Assembly: GCA_021784895.1 (NCBI GenBank)
Contig: JAJYHG010000001.1
Location: forward strand, 18,491-82,490
From: Actinomycetes bacterium
Lineage (GTDB): Bacteria > Actinomycetota > Thermoleophilia > Solirubrobacterales > Solirubrobacteraceae
Direction of reading: 5' to 3'
Length of the DNA stretch: 64,000 bases
The notes beneath the pieces were generated by a model. The model made no database searches and was not told the origin of the DNA. It worked only from the letters and a program-made list of their open reading frames with translations. The translations under genes and the position numbers were made by a program. Shown piece after piece: positions 28,361 through 38,057 of the stretch. Position 1 is the stretch's first letter. Each line of letters begins with the position of its first letter.

Positions 28361-29191
28361 GTGCTGGCAGCTTCAGGTGATGGCTCAGCGTTCGCGCTGA
28401 TGGGGATCGTCAACGTCACCCCCGACTCCTTCAGCGACGGCGGAGAGTTCTTCGACCCGGCGGCAGCGGTCGCGCACGGGCTCGCACTGGAGGCCGACGG
28501 CGCTGCGATCCTCGACGTCGGCGGCGAGTCAACGCGCCCTGGGGCCGAGCCGGTGGAGGCTGAGGAGGAGTCCCGCCGCGTGGTGCCGGTGATCGAGGCG
28601 CTGGTGGCAGCCGGGGTCAGAGCGCAGATCTCGGTTGACACGATGAAGGCCGAGGTGGCGGAGCGCGCGCTGAGCGCCGGCGCGAGCCTGGTCAACGACG
28701 TCACGGCGCTGCGGGCCGCACCGAGGCTCGCCGAGCTGAGCGCGGCCGCCGGCGCAGATCTGTGTTTGATGCACATGCGCAACCTGCCTGGCCAGCCGCC
28801 GCAGCCACCGCGTTACGACGACATCGTCTCGGAGGTGAAGGCCTTCCTCGAGGAGCGCATGGCCTTTGCGATCGCGCACGGGGTGGCGGAGCAGAAGATC
28901 ATCCTCGACCCGGGCTTCGGTGCCGGCAGCTTCGGCAAGAGCACGGCAGAGAACCTCGAACTGCTCAGAAGGCTGCCCGAGCTGGTCGCGATCGGCCGGC
29001 CGCTGCTGGTCGGCACCAGCCGCAAGGGGTTTTTGGGTGAGCTCACCGGACGGCCCGTGGACCAGCGCCTGGCGGCGACTCTCGCGAGCAATGTGATCGC
29101 GTTCACGCACGGCGCCCGGATCTTCCGGGTTCACGACGTTGCGCCGCTGCACGACGCGCTGGCGGTGACGGCTGCGACGCTTCGGAGCTAG
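28361..29191 (+). CDS. folP: dihydropteroate synthase
   Basis: Family motifs are MGIVNVTPDSFSDGG, ILDVGGESTRPG and GTSRKGF. The chosen start is GTG 28361. Confidence 0.93.
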   Translation: MLAASGDGSAFALMGIVNVTPDSFSDGGEFFDPAAAVAHGLALEADGAAILDVGGESTRPGAEPVEAEEESRRVVPVIEALVAAGVRAQISVDTMKAEVAERALSAGASLVNDVTALRAAPRLAELSAAAGADLCLMHMRNLPGQPPQPPRYDDIVSEVKAFLEERMAFAIAHGVAEQKIILDPGFGAGSFGKSTAENLELLRRLPELVAIGRPLLVGTSRKGFLGELTGRPVDQRLAATLASNVIAFTHGARIFRVHDVAPLHDALAVTAATLRS

Positions 29192-29203
29192 AGTCCGGAA
29201 GCG

Positions 29204-29689
29204 ATGAGCAGCGACGGCGAGCCGGCCGAGTACGACCCGGGTGAGTCTGACCGCGACGAGGTAGAGCCAGCCGAGCCGGCCGACTTCGACGAGGAGATCG
29301 ACGATGACGAGGAGGATGGCTACCCCGAGCCCGAGGTGACGATCGAGGTCAGCGGGCTGTCGCTCTACACGCACATGGGTGTGACCGCGGCCGAGCGGGA
29401 GGTCGGGCAGCGTCTGCTGGTCGACCTGCGGCTCGACGTGGGCGAGTGCGACGCGACCGTAACCGACCGGATCGAGGACACGGTCGACTACGGTGAGGTC
29501 TGCCAGCTCGTTTGGCTGGTCGCCCAGCAGCGCGAATACCGCACGCTCGAGCGTTTCTGTGCCGCGGTTGCTGATCGTCTGATCGAGCGCTACGAGCTGC
29601 ATTCGGTCTGGGTTAAAGCCGCCAAGCCGGAGCCGCCGATCGCGCTCAGCATCGGTGAGGTGTCGGTCGAGGTCTGGCGCGAGGCGTGA
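29204..29689 (+). CDS. folB: dihydroneopterin aldolase with about 45-aa acidic N-terminal extension
   Basis: The core reads GLSLYTHMGVTAAEREVGQRLLVDLRL...DTVDYGEV. The extension is D/E-rich and shows coding-like G/C third positions. Confidence 0.85.
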   Translation: MSSDGEPAEYDPGESDRDEVEPAEPADFDEEIDDDEEDGYPEPEVTIEVSGLSLYTHMGVTAAEREVGQRLLVDLRLDVGECDATVTDRIEDTVDYGEVCQLVWLVAQQREYRTLERFCAAVADRLIERYELHSVWVKAAKPEPPIALSIGEVSVEVWREA

Positions 29690-30186
29690 GCATCGGATAC
29701 CTCGGGCTCGGCTCGAACCTCGGTGAGCGCCGCGACCATCTGCAGGCAGCCGTTACAGCTCTGGGCCAGGCCGGCGTCCGGGTGCTGCGCAGCTCCCACA
29801 CCTACGAGACCGAGCCCGTCGGGCTGGTGCTGGAGCAGCCCGAGTTCCTGAACGCCTGCGTCGAGGTCGAGACCGCGCTCGGACCGACCGAGCTGCTCGA
29901 CGCATGCAAGACGGTGGAGCGCGAGGTGGGGAGGGCCGCCGGCGGCCCGCGGCACGGACCGCGCGTGATCGACGTGGACGTGTTGCTGCTGGGCGAGCTC
30001 GAGTACGCGTCCGAGCGCCTCACGCTGCCCCACGAACAGGTCACGAGCCGCCGCTTCGTGCTGGTGCCGTTGCTCGAGCTGAGTCCGGACTTGCGTCTGC
30101 CCCGCGGCGAGCGGCTCGCCGGCTCGCTCGCCGCGCTGGGAGGCGGTCAGCAGGTTCGCCTCGCCGGACCGCCGCTGGCCATATAG
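29686..30186 (+). CDS. folK: 2-amino-4-hydroxy-6-hydroxymethyldihydropteridine diphosphokinase
   Basis: Family segments are YLGLGSNLGER, SHTYETEPVG and RVIDVDVLL. The start overlaps the folB stop by 4 nt. Confidence 0.92.
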   Translation: MSIGYLGLGSNLGERRDHLQAAVTALGQAGVRVLRSSHTYETEPVGLVLEQPEFLNACVEVETALGPTELLDACKTVEREVGRAAGGPRHGPRVIDVDVLLLGELEYASERLTLPHEQVTSRRFVLVPLLELSPDLRLPRGERLAGSLAALGGGQQVRLAGPPLAI

Positions 30187-30214
30187 TCAGGCCCCGTGAG
30201 CGGGCGGGATCGTC

Positions 30215-31012
30215 GTGACTGAGGCAGAGCCGGTAGCACACCTCCTGGTTGTGGATGTGGGCAACACGCAGACCCACGCCGGCATCTTCGACGCGGGGGC
30301 CGAGCGGCCGTCCGAGAACTGGCGCGTCGCCACGGCCCGTGAGGCGACGGCCGACGAGCTGGCCGTGCTGCTATCGGGCCTGCTGGCACTCCGGGGCCGG
30401 GACCTTGCCGGGATCGGCGCCTCGATCGTCTCCTCGACCGTTCCGCGGCTGGGCGAGCAGTGGCGCGAGCTGGGCGCCCGCTACCTCGGGCACGAGACCC
30501 TCGTCGTGGGGCCGTCGCTGAAGACCGGCATGCCGATCCGCACCGAGGTGCCACACGAGGTCGGTGCCGACCGCCTGGTCAACGCCGTGGCCGCGTATGC
30601 GCGCGTGGCTGACGCCTGCGTGGTTGTCGACTTTGGCACCGCTATCACCTACGACGTCGTCTCTGCCCAGGGCGAGTACCTGGGCGGCATCATCACTCCC
30701 GGGATCGAGATCTCGCTTCAGGCGCTCTCCGAGCGCGCCGCCAAGCTGCCCGCGGTCGAGCTGAGCGAGCCGCGCGCAGTGATCGGCCGCTCGACCGTGG
30801 ACGCGATCCGCAGTGGTATCGCCTTCGGGTTTGCCGGCCAGGTCGAGGGCATCGTGTGGCGCCTGCGTGCAGAGCTCGGTGAGCGCACGCACGTGATCGC
30901 CACGGGCGGGTTCTCGACGGTCATGTATCCGTTCACAAAGGCGGCGATCGACGAGGTGGATGAGTTTCTGACGCTCACTGGCCTACGCCTGATCTGGGAG
31001 CGCAACCGCTGA
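30215..31012 (+). CDS. coaX: type III pantothenate kinase
   Basis: Family segments are LLVVDVGNTQTHAG, VVVDFGTAITYDV and ATGGF. Confidence 0.92.
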   Translation: MTEAEPVAHLLVVDVGNTQTHAGIFDAGAERPSENWRVATAREATADELAVLLSGLLALRGRDLAGIGASIVSSTVPRLGEQWRELGARYLGHETLVVGPSLKTGMPIRTEVPHEVGADRLVNAVAAYARVADACVVVDFGTAITYDVVSAQGEYLGGIITPGIEISLQALSERAAKLPAVELSEPRAVIGRSTVDAIRSGIAFGFAGQVEGIVWRLRAELGERTHVIATGGFSTVMYPFTKAAIDEVDEFLTLTGLRLIWERNR

Positions 31013-31034
31013 GGGTCTGGCGTTCAGCGGGCGT

Positions 31035-32159
31035 TCAGGTGGAGCTGGCCACCGGCACCGGCACGTCCGGTGACATCGCCACCGCGGCTGCCAGCTGCAG
31101 CAGCGCTCGGGTCGAGCGATCGCCAGGCTGTGCGGTGCGCGCCTGCCGGTAAGCCTCGAGCAGGCGCCCGATCGCTTGGAAGACGGGGAGGTCGTCGTGT
31201 TCTGTGGGGATGTTGCGCGCGAGTTCGGCGAGCGCTACCTGCTCGCTGCCATCGCCGGTGCGGAACTCGATTAGCGCGCCGATCTGGAGGTAGTTGGCGA
31301 CCCGGTGGAGCAGCACATGGCTGGCCTGCTCGCGTTCGCCGGCCGCTGGGCCACTGACCGCCAGCGGCTCGCGCCGGGCGATCTGGACCGCCTGGCCCGA
31401 GGCGATCAGCGCAACCTGCTCCGGCGTCAGGCCGGCCTGGAGCGCCAGGCGCAGCTGCGCAGCTGCGGCGACCGCGGTCGAGCCATAGGGCGCGTCGGAG
31501 GCGAACACGATCTGGGCGGCCGGGACGAGCGTGAACAGCGCCAGCAGATCCTGAGAGATCCACCAGGAGGTGTCGATCAGGACGTTCGGCAGGTCTGGCA
31601 TGGCCCGCCAGATCCAGGAGAGGTCCGACACCGCTGCGTGGGCGAGGATCACGCGCGCGTTCGGATAGCGGCCGGCGTTGCCGATCACGTGCTCACCGAG
31701 CGCGGGGATCCCCCGGCCGGCGTGGATCAGGATCGGCAGCGTGCGTTCGTGCGCGAGCGCGAACAGGCGTGGGATGTCGGGGTGGTCGAGCGTGAATTGC
31801 TCGGCCCTTGGATGCAGCTTGATCCCCTGGGCGCCGCGGGCGAGGGCGCGCTCGGCTTCGCCGAGCGCGCCCTCGCCCGGCTTGACCCGGCAGAACGGCA
31901 CCAGCAGCCCAGCGGACGCCGCCGCGGCCTCGATCACGTGGTCGTTGGCGGGCCGGTAGCCATCAGGCTCGTGCATCGGGAAGACAAAGCAGCCCCGGGC
32001 TCCTGCTCGGCGCAGCCGGGCCGTCAGCTCGGCGGCGCTCTGGCGCATCCCGTCGGGGTCGTGCTCGCCGACATGGGTGTGGGCGTCAAAGAGCTCGATC
32101 CCCGGTACCAGGCTGCGCAGCAGCTCGAGCCAGGGTGCGGTCACTCCGTCAAGGTCCAC
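31035..32159 (-). CDS. amidohydrolase-2 (TIM-barrel metal-dependent hydrolase) family protein with C-terminal helical extension
   Basis: The motifs FDAHTH, GIKLHP, ILIHAG, ILAHAA and DTSW are spaced as in PF04909-type hydrolases. Confidence 0.75.
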   Translation of the reverse strand: MDLDGVTAPWLELLRSLVPGIELFDAHTHVGEHDPDGMRQSAAELTARLRRAGARGCFVFPMHEPDGYRPANDHVIEAAAASAGLLVPFCRVKPGEGALGEAERALARGAQGIKLHPRAEQFTLDHPDIPRLFALAHERTLPILIHAGRGIPALGEHVIGNAGRYPNARVILAHAAVSDLSWIWRAMPDLPNVLIDTSWWISQDLLALFTLVPAAQIVFASDAPYGSTAVAAAAQLRLALQAGLTPEQVALIASGQAVQIARREPLAVSGPAAGEREQASHVLLHRVANYLQIGALIEFRTGDGSEQVALAELARNIPTEHDDLPVFQAIGRLLEAYRQARTAQPGDRSTRALLQLAAAVAMSPDVPVPVASST

Positions 32160-32174
32160 CTACGGATTCCTACC

Positions 32175-33218
32175 ATGAACGCGATGGCTACGACTTCATG
32201 CCCGCCCCGCCGGTCGCTCGACGAGCCCTGGCAGCTGGGCCCGCTGACGGTCGCAAATCGCGTTGTGCTGGCGCCGCTCGCGGGTATCGGCAACTGGTTC
32301 GTGCGCTTGCAGGCAAGGCGCTATGGGGCCGGCCTGACCGTCTCCGAGATGGTCTCGAGCCACGCGGTGCATCACGGCAACGTGCGTACCTGCACGGAGC
32401 TGCTGCGCATCCATCCCGACGAGCACCCGGTTGCCGTACAGCTCTTCGGCGCCGATCCGGAGGTGATGGCGTCGGCCGCGGAGCGGGTCGCCGCCGCCGG
32501 TGCTGACCTGATCGACATCAACATGGGCTGCCCGGTGCCAAAGGTCTGTAAGACCGGGGCTGGCGCGGCGCTGTTGGATGATCCTCAGCGCGCGCTGGCG
32601 ATCGCGCGCGCCGCGGCCCGGGGCAGCGGGCTCCCGGTCACGGTCAAGCTGCGCACGGGGCTGCGGCCCGGCGACGGCAAGGGTGTCGCTTTGGCCCGCG
32701 ACCTCGCCGAGCGCGGCGGGGTCGCGGGGCTTGCGATCCATCCCCGTCACGCCTCGCAGCGCCACAGCGGCCAGCCCGACTACGAGCTCGCGGCCCGCCT
32801 GGTGGAAGAGCTGCCGGTCCCGGTGATGCTATCAGGCGGCCTGCGCTCGGTGGCGAGCGTGCAGGCGGCGCTTGACGGCACCGGCGCCGAGGCGGTGCTT
32901 TTGGCACGCGGCTCGCTGGGCAACCCGTGGCTGTTTGCGCAGCTGCTCGGCGCGCGGGTGGCCGAGCCCTCGCGCGAGGAGATCATCGCCGAGCTGCACT
33001 GGGTGATGGACCGCGCTGCCGATCACCTCGGTGAAGAGCGAGCGGGCCGCTACCTGCGCAAGTTCTACCCCTGGTACGTCGAGCGGCTCGGCGGCAGCCG
33101 CCACCAGCAGGCGGCGCTGCAGGCCGCGCTGCAGCAGGCGGCGAGCCTGGATCACGCGCGCGAGCTGCTGGGCGGTGTTCAGCCTGGCGAGCCGGCGGTC
33201 GTCGCCGCCGCCGCGTAG
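32175..33218 (+). CDS. dus: tRNA dihydrouridine synthase
   Basis: Family segments are VVLAPLAGIGNWFVR, DLIDINMGCPVPKV and TVKLRTG. The start was taken at ATG 32175. The track ORF is open from 31305 only because no stop intervenes. Confidence 0.9.
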   Translation: MNAMATTSCPPRRSLDEPWQLGPLTVANRVVLAPLAGIGNWFVRLQARRYGAGLTVSEMVSSHAVHHGNVRTCTELLRIHPDEHPVAVQLFGADPEVMASAAERVAAAGADLIDINMGCPVPKVCKTGAGAALLDDPQRALAIARAAARGSGLPVTVKLRTGLRPGDGKGVALARDLAERGGVAGLAIHPRHASQRHSGQPDYELAARLVEELPVPVMLSGGLRSVASVQAALDGTGAEAVLLARGSLGNPWLFAQLLGARVAEPSREEIIAELHWVMDRAADHLGEERAGRYLRKFYPWYVERLGGSRHQQAALQAALQQAASLDHARELLGGVQPGEPAVVAAAA

Positions 33219-34426
33219 GCGAGCGCATCCGGCTCGGCGCTCGAGCGGAAGGCGAGCCGGCCGAACCAGGCGATGGTGGCGAGCGCGAAGGCGGTGAACA
33301 GCGCAGCCAGGGCGGTTGGGCCCAGGCTGTGAAAGACGCCGGCAGGTGGGACGATCAAGGGGATCGCGACAACGAAGAGCCAAGTGAGCTTAGGAAACCC
33401 AGGCGGATCCTCAAGCGCAGCGACCGCAAGCATAAACGGCGCGAAGTAGTAAACGTTGTCCATCGGGTCAAGCGCACAGCGCAGGAACAGCACCAGCGCG
33501 AGCGCTGCGAGTGCATCGGGGACGGGCGGGCGTCCTCTGTTGCCGTGCACCCGCAGCCACCACCAAAGACCCGTCACCAGCCACGCGGCGAGTACGAGCA
33601 GGATGTGGGCCTGATGTACAACCCAGGAGGAGGGACCCAGCCACCACAGCAGTTGCGGGGTGAGCAGGATGCTGGACGTCGGGTCGCCGAGCGCGCCGCT
33701 AAAGGTGCTGGCCGAACTCATACGCACGGCGGTGACGGGGATCATCACTACTCCTGCCGTTACAACGAGCGTCACGATTGCCTCCAGACGCCTTTCTTTG
33801 GGCACCATGGCGATCACGAGAGGTACCGCTACGAGTGCCCATTGCTTGTTGATGACCGCTAGGCCGAGTGCCAGTCCCGTGGCGCGGCCAGAGCCGCGGC
33901 AGGCAAGCAACATCGCAAGCACGCATAACGCTCCCCCCAGCACGTCCTCCGGGTGGCCGCCGACCACCGCGACCACAGCGGGTGGGGTGAGCATGAAGCC
34001 GTCGGCGGGGCGTAGCCCTCGACGCCTGCTGTCACCAGTCGACCGTGCTGGCTCGACTCGAGGCTCGGCTGCTAGGTAGCCTGCGAGCAGGCCGGGTGCG
34101 AGCAGGCAAGGAATCGCTGTTGCGACGTAAACTCCGCGGGCCGGGGCTCCCAGTGCCCCTGCGAGCAGCGCAAGGGGCGCTCGCAGAACCAGCGAGCCGA
34201 CATAGGCTGGGCTCGCCCGCAGAAAGCCGAGGACGCGGCCGCGCAAGAGCAGCTGGTATGCGGGCCACGCCTCCCTGTAGAAGTCGTTCTCGTGGTGCAG
34301 GGGGATCGCGTATGTGAACACATAGATGGAGAGCAGCGCGACACCCGCTCCGAACAGGACTGCTGGCACGTGGATGGCTCTGATCTCTCGCAGCCGGGTA
34401 GCTTCTGTGACTGCGCTGAGTGACAT
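33179..34426 (-). CDS. polytopic membrane protein, distant DUF2029/GT-C-like
   Basis: 415 aa with more than 9 hydrophobic segments. A first-loop motif NDFYREAWPAYQLLLRG and a later INKQW...VPL parallel the DF...Y...G..PY and (L/I)KP..WPLG motifs of the GT87-like paralogs at 42.6-50.6 kb. Confidence 0.55.
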   Translation of the reverse strand: MSLSAVTEATRLREIRAIHVPAVLFGAGVALLSIYVFTYAIPLHHENDFYREAWPAYQLLLRGRVLGFLRASPAYVGSLVLRAPLALLAGALGAPARGVYVATAIPCLLAPGLLAGYLAAEPRVEPARSTGDSRRRGLRPADGFMLTPPAVVAVVGGHPEDVLGGALCVLAMLLACRGSGRATGLALGLAVINKQWALVAVPLVIAMVPKERRLEAIVTLVVTAGVVMIPVTAVRMSSASTFSGALGDPTSSILLTPQLLWWLGPSSWVVHQAHILLVLAAWLVTGLWWWLRVHGNRGRPPVPDALAALALVLFLRCALDPMDNVYYFAPFMLAVAALEDPPGFPKLTWLFVVAIPLIVPPAGVFHSLGPTALAALFTAFALATIAWFGRLAFRSSAEPDALAYAAAATTAGSPG

Positions 34427-34627
34427 CGCTCAGCAGTATCGGCGATGACGGCTCGTGCCTGAGTCGGGCCGTGTTAGTGGCAGCGATCGTGCAGGCGATG
34501 GCTGGTCTCGACGCGGCGTTGCGAGGAGCGCTGTTGGTGGCCGTCTATACTGGCGCGCCCACGAGCCGACGGAGCCGTGTTCAGCCCGTGATCGCAGGCG
34601 TTTCTGTTCCAGCCAACCCATCAGCAC

Positions 34628-35101
34628 ATGCCCAAGGACGTCATTCTCACCCCTGAAGGACTCGCCAGCCTCAAGGCTGAGCTCGAGCACATGGCGACCG
34701 TGCGCCGCCGCGAGGTGGCTGCGCGAATCAAGGAGGCGCGCGAGTTCGGCGACATCTCCGAGAACGCCGAATATGACGATGCAAAGAACGAACAGGCGAT
34801 GATCGAGGCCCGCATCGCCGTGCTCGAGGAGAAGCTGCGCTCGGCCACGGTGATCGATGCATCGGATCTAGATGCCGACGTGGTCAGGGTCGGCACCACC
34901 GTGCATGTCGTTGACGGCGACGGCGGTAAGCACAAGTACACGATCGTGGGCTCGGCGGAGGCCAAGCCGGCCCAGATGCGGCTCTCAAACCAATCGCCGG
35001 TCGGTAAGGCGCTGATGGGCCGCCAGAAGGGCGATACGGTCACCGTTGCCACGCCGCGTGGCGAGCGCCGCCTAAAGATCGCCAAGATCGAAGTGGCCTA
35101 G
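34628..35101 (+). CDS. greA: transcription elongation factor GreA
   Basis: 157 aa. The sequence EAREFGDISENAEYDDAKNEQ is canonical for GreA. Confidence 0.95.
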   Translation: MPKDVILTPEGLASLKAELEHMATVRRREVAARIKEAREFGDISENAEYDDAKNEQAMIEARIAVLEEKLRSATVIDASDLDADVVRVGTTVHVVDGDGGKHKYTIVGSAEAKPAQMRLSNQSPVGKALMGRQKGDTVTVATPRGERRLKIAKIEVA

Positions 35102-35115
35102 CCGTCAGGCCAGAG

Positions 35116-36597
35116 ATGACGGAGGCAGGCGACGAGCGGCGTCGTGGGGCTGGACCACCTGAGGTCTTGGCGGCTCGGCGCCACAAGCTCGAGTCGCTTC
35201 GTGCTCGGGGCGTGGAACCGTTTCCGCACGGTTATGCCGGAGCCGAGCCGATCGCGTCCGTTCGCGAAGCGCACGCCGGGCTGGGGGTGGGGGAGGAGAC
35301 GATCGTCGCCCACAGGGTTGCAGGGCGGATAACAGCACGCCGCGGGCAGGGCGCCATGGCATTTCTTGACCTCGTGGATCGCTCGGGCAGGATCCAGCTT
35401 CAGGCACGTATCGATGAGCTCGGGACTGACGGTCTTGATCTTCTGACCGGTCTCGATTTGGGCGACCTGATCGGTGTCGAAGGCTTCGCGATAAGCTCGC
35501 GCCGCGGCGAGCTGACATTGCGTCTGACGGCCTTCACGCTCCTGGCCAAGTCGCTCAGGCCGCCGCCCGACAAGCACCACGGTTTGGCCGACACCGAGAC
35601 GCGCCTGCGCCATCGGGAGGCTGACCTGCTTGCAAACGAGGAGACCCGGGCTGTCTTCATCATGCGTGCGCGTATGGTCTCGGCCATCAGGAGCTACCTC
35701 GACTCGGAGGGTTTTATCGAGGTCGAGACCCCGATCCTGCAGCCGCTCTATGGCGGTGCTATGGCACGACCCTTCACCACGCACCACAACGCGCTGGACC
35801 GTGAGTTCTACCTGCGGATCGCCCCGGAGCTCTATCTCAAGCGGCTGCTGGTCGGCGGCCTCGAACGCGTATACGAGATTGGACGTTTATTCCGGAATGA
35901 GGGCATCTCCACCAAGCACAACCCGGAGTTCACTTCGATCGAGTACTACGAAGCCTACGCCGACTACATAAACGTCGCCGACCGCTTCGAGGAGCTGATG
36001 CGTTTCGTCACTGCGGCGATCGGCTATCGCGGGCCGATCGACTTCCAGCGGCCATGGCACCGCGAGACGCTCACGGGCGCGATCGAGCGGCGCACGGGGG
36101 TTGACATCCGGCGCTGTCACGACCGCGGCCGGCTCGCTGGTGCTATGCGTGCAGCTGGACTCGACGTGCCAGAGTCAGACACCTGGCCCCAGCTTGTTGA
36201 TCAGCTCGTCTCCAAGCACGTCGAGCCCACGCTGGTTGAGCCGACCTTCCTGTTCGATTATCCGGTCGAGACTTCGCCGCTTGCCAAGCGCCACCGTTCA
36301 GAGCCGGGCCTGGTGGAGCGGTTCGAGGCGTTCATCGCCGGCATGGAGGTAGCCAACGCGTTCACTGAGCTCAACGACCCTGACGAACAGCGTGCGCGCT
36401 TTGAAGTGCAGCGCGCGCTGGCCGACGGGGGCGACGAAGAGGCCCAGCCCTACGACGCGGCCTACATCGAGGCGCTCGAATATGGCATGCCACCCGCCGG
36501 GGGGATCGGCTTTGGGATCGACCGCATGGCGATGATCCTCACTGGCAGGACCACGATCCGCGAGGTTGTGCTATTCCCGGCTATGAGAGACACTTGA
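35116..36597 (+). CDS. lysS: lysine--tRNA ligase (class II)
   Basis: It has an OB-fold N-terminus and class II motifs (FIEVETPILQ, YLRIAPELYLKRL, GGIGFGIDRMAMIL). Confidence 0.95.
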   Translation: MTEAGDERRRGAGPPEVLAARRHKLESLRARGVEPFPHGYAGAEPIASVREAHAGLGVGEETIVAHRVAGRITARRGQGAMAFLDLVDRSGRIQLQARIDELGTDGLDLLTGLDLGDLIGVEGFAISSRRGELTLRLTAFTLLAKSLRPPPDKHHGLADTETRLRHREADLLANEETRAVFIMRARMVSAIRSYLDSEGFIEVETPILQPLYGGAMARPFTTHHNALDREFYLRIAPELYLKRLLVGGLERVYEIGRLFRNEGISTKHNPEFTSIEYYEAYADYINVADRFEELMRFVTAAIGYRGPIDFQRPWHRETLTGAIERRTGVDIRRCHDRGRLAGAMRAAGLDVPESDTWPQLVDQLVSKHVEPTLVEPTFLFDYPVETSPLAKRHRSEPGLVERFEAFIAGMEVANAFTELNDPDEQRARFEVQRALADGGDEEAQPYDAAYIEALEYGMPPAGGIGFGIDRMAMILTGRTTIREVVLFPAMRDT

Positions 36598-36657
36598 CCC
36601 ACATGCTTAGCTCTGTGCTAAAGGAATCAGCCTCCAGCCGCCGATAGAGGTTGCATC

Positions 36658-37158
36658 GTGCGTACGGTGATGCGGAAAGTCCGTGCAGAGAACGGCCAAG
36701 CACTCGTGGAGTTTGCGTTTGTGCTTCCTTTGCTGCTGCTCTTTCTGTTCGCGATCATAGATTTCGGGATCGCCCTGAACCAGCAGAACGCGGATACCAA
36801 CATCGCCAATATCGCCGTGCGCGACGCGGCTGTGATTGGCACGACCACGAGCCAGACCTGCGGCTCCACGACCGAGACGACGCTCGGGGCGTGGGTGCAG
36901 TGCGAGTCGACCAGCATCGGCGGGCCGGCATTGACCAGCGTTTGCGTGGGCGACATCGCGACGAGCACGTCGCCGGCAAGCGGCACCTACACCTCGGGCG
37001 ACCCGATCGAGGTCAAGGTGACTTCGTCGTTCAGCTGGCTGAAGATCGTCAGCCAGGCGTCGGGAGGTCCGTCCTCATCGATCGCGTCGAGCGCAACCAT
37101 GCGCATGGAGGGCTCGCTCACCGGCACCAACCCATTCCTCAGCCCCACCTGTACGTAG
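36658..37158 (+). CDS. TadE/TadG-like pseudopilin
   Basis: The N-terminus ENGQALVEFAFVLPLLLLFLFAIIDFG is the TadE-like motif. Confidence 0.8.
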   Translation: MRTVMRKVRAENGQALVEFAFVLPLLLLFLFAIIDFGIALNQQNADTNIANIAVRDAAVIGTTTSQTCGSTTETTLGAWVQCESTSIGGPALTSVCVGDIATSTSPASGTYTSGDPIEVKVTSSFSWLKIVSQASGGPSSSIASSATMRMEGSLTGTNPFLSPTCT

Positions 37159-37356
37159 AAGCAAGAGGCAACGGGGGCGGCAATGACCACTTTGTTAGCG
37201 GACGCAGGCAGGGAGCGGCAGGGATCTGGCCCAGGTGCAAGAACTGATGTGACACCGGCGCCGGTGGGTGCGCTCTCTTGTTTTGGATTCATCAGTCAAG
37301 CTCACCGCGGATCACGCCGATAGCCGTAACGAACCCTCACTGGAGCTCGAACTCAA

Positions 37357-38055
37357 ATGGAAGCCCATCGTAACCTTGGTAAGTTCGGTCGCCGCAGCCC
37401 GATGCGTGGCGCGGCCGGTCGCCGGAACGCAGTCCTCATCGCCGTGGTCTCGGCGCTGCTGGCGGCTGCGCTGATCTACCTCTTCGTCTCCGCGTACAAC
37501 AAGAACAAGACTGCGCAGGTGGCACCCACGCAGATTACGGTCTGGGTCGCCGCACACAACATTCCGCAGGGAACGTCTGAGGCTGCGATCGCCGGTGAGG
37601 GTTACTTCAAGCCCAAGGCGGTGCCGAGCACTCAGGTTGTTCCGGGAGCGATCACCGACCCGTCCGAGATCGTGGGTGAGGCGGCGACCACCGACATCGT
37701 GGCAGGACAGCAGATCACCGCCAGTGACTTCACCAAGACGGTCTCCACGCTCTCTGGGCTGCTGAAAGGTGATCAGCGCGCCGTTGCCTTCACGCTGGAT
37801 ACCGAGCACGGCCTCACGAGCTATCTCACCCCAGGCGACACTGTCGATGTCATGGCTGAGAAGGGCAAGACATCCGAGATGCTGATCCAGAACGCGCCGG
37901 TGCTCGAAAATGCGGGCGGGCTGGTGGTCCTGCGGCTCACGGACCGCCAGGCACTGATCGTGACGGCGGCCACGTTGACCTCCAGCCTCTGGCTCGCACT
38001 TCGGCCGTCAATCGGGGCGACCAACTCCGTCAAGCTCTACGCTGTTGCGAGCTGA
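37357..38055 (+). CDS. cpaB: Flp pilus assembly protein CpaB/RcpC (SAF domain)
   Basis: It has an N-terminal TM segment and a SAF-like region (VWVAAHNIPQGT...ITASDF). Position is immediately upstream of tadZ. Confidence 0.8.
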   Translation: MEAHRNLGKFGRRSPMRGAAGRRNAVLIAVVSALLAAALIYLFVSAYNKNKTAQVAPTQITVWVAAHNIPQGTSEAAIAGEGYFKPKAVPSTQVVPGAITDPSEIVGEAATTDIVAGQQITASDFTKTVSTLSGLLKGDQRAVAFTLDTEHGLTSYLTPGDTVDVMAEKGKTSEMLIQNAPVLENAGGLVVLRLTDRQALIVTAATLTSSLWLALRPSIGATNSVKLYAVAS

Positions 38056-38057
38056 CG

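Noticed and set aside
28529-29602. A 357-aa minus-strand ORF.
   Set aside because: It is antisense to folP and folB, both of which carry canonical motifs on the plus strand.
31305-32174. The 5' 870 nt of the 637-aa ORF that ends as dus.
   Set aside because: This part is antisense to the amidohydrolase gene and has no Dus similarity. The Dus homology starts at ATG 32175.
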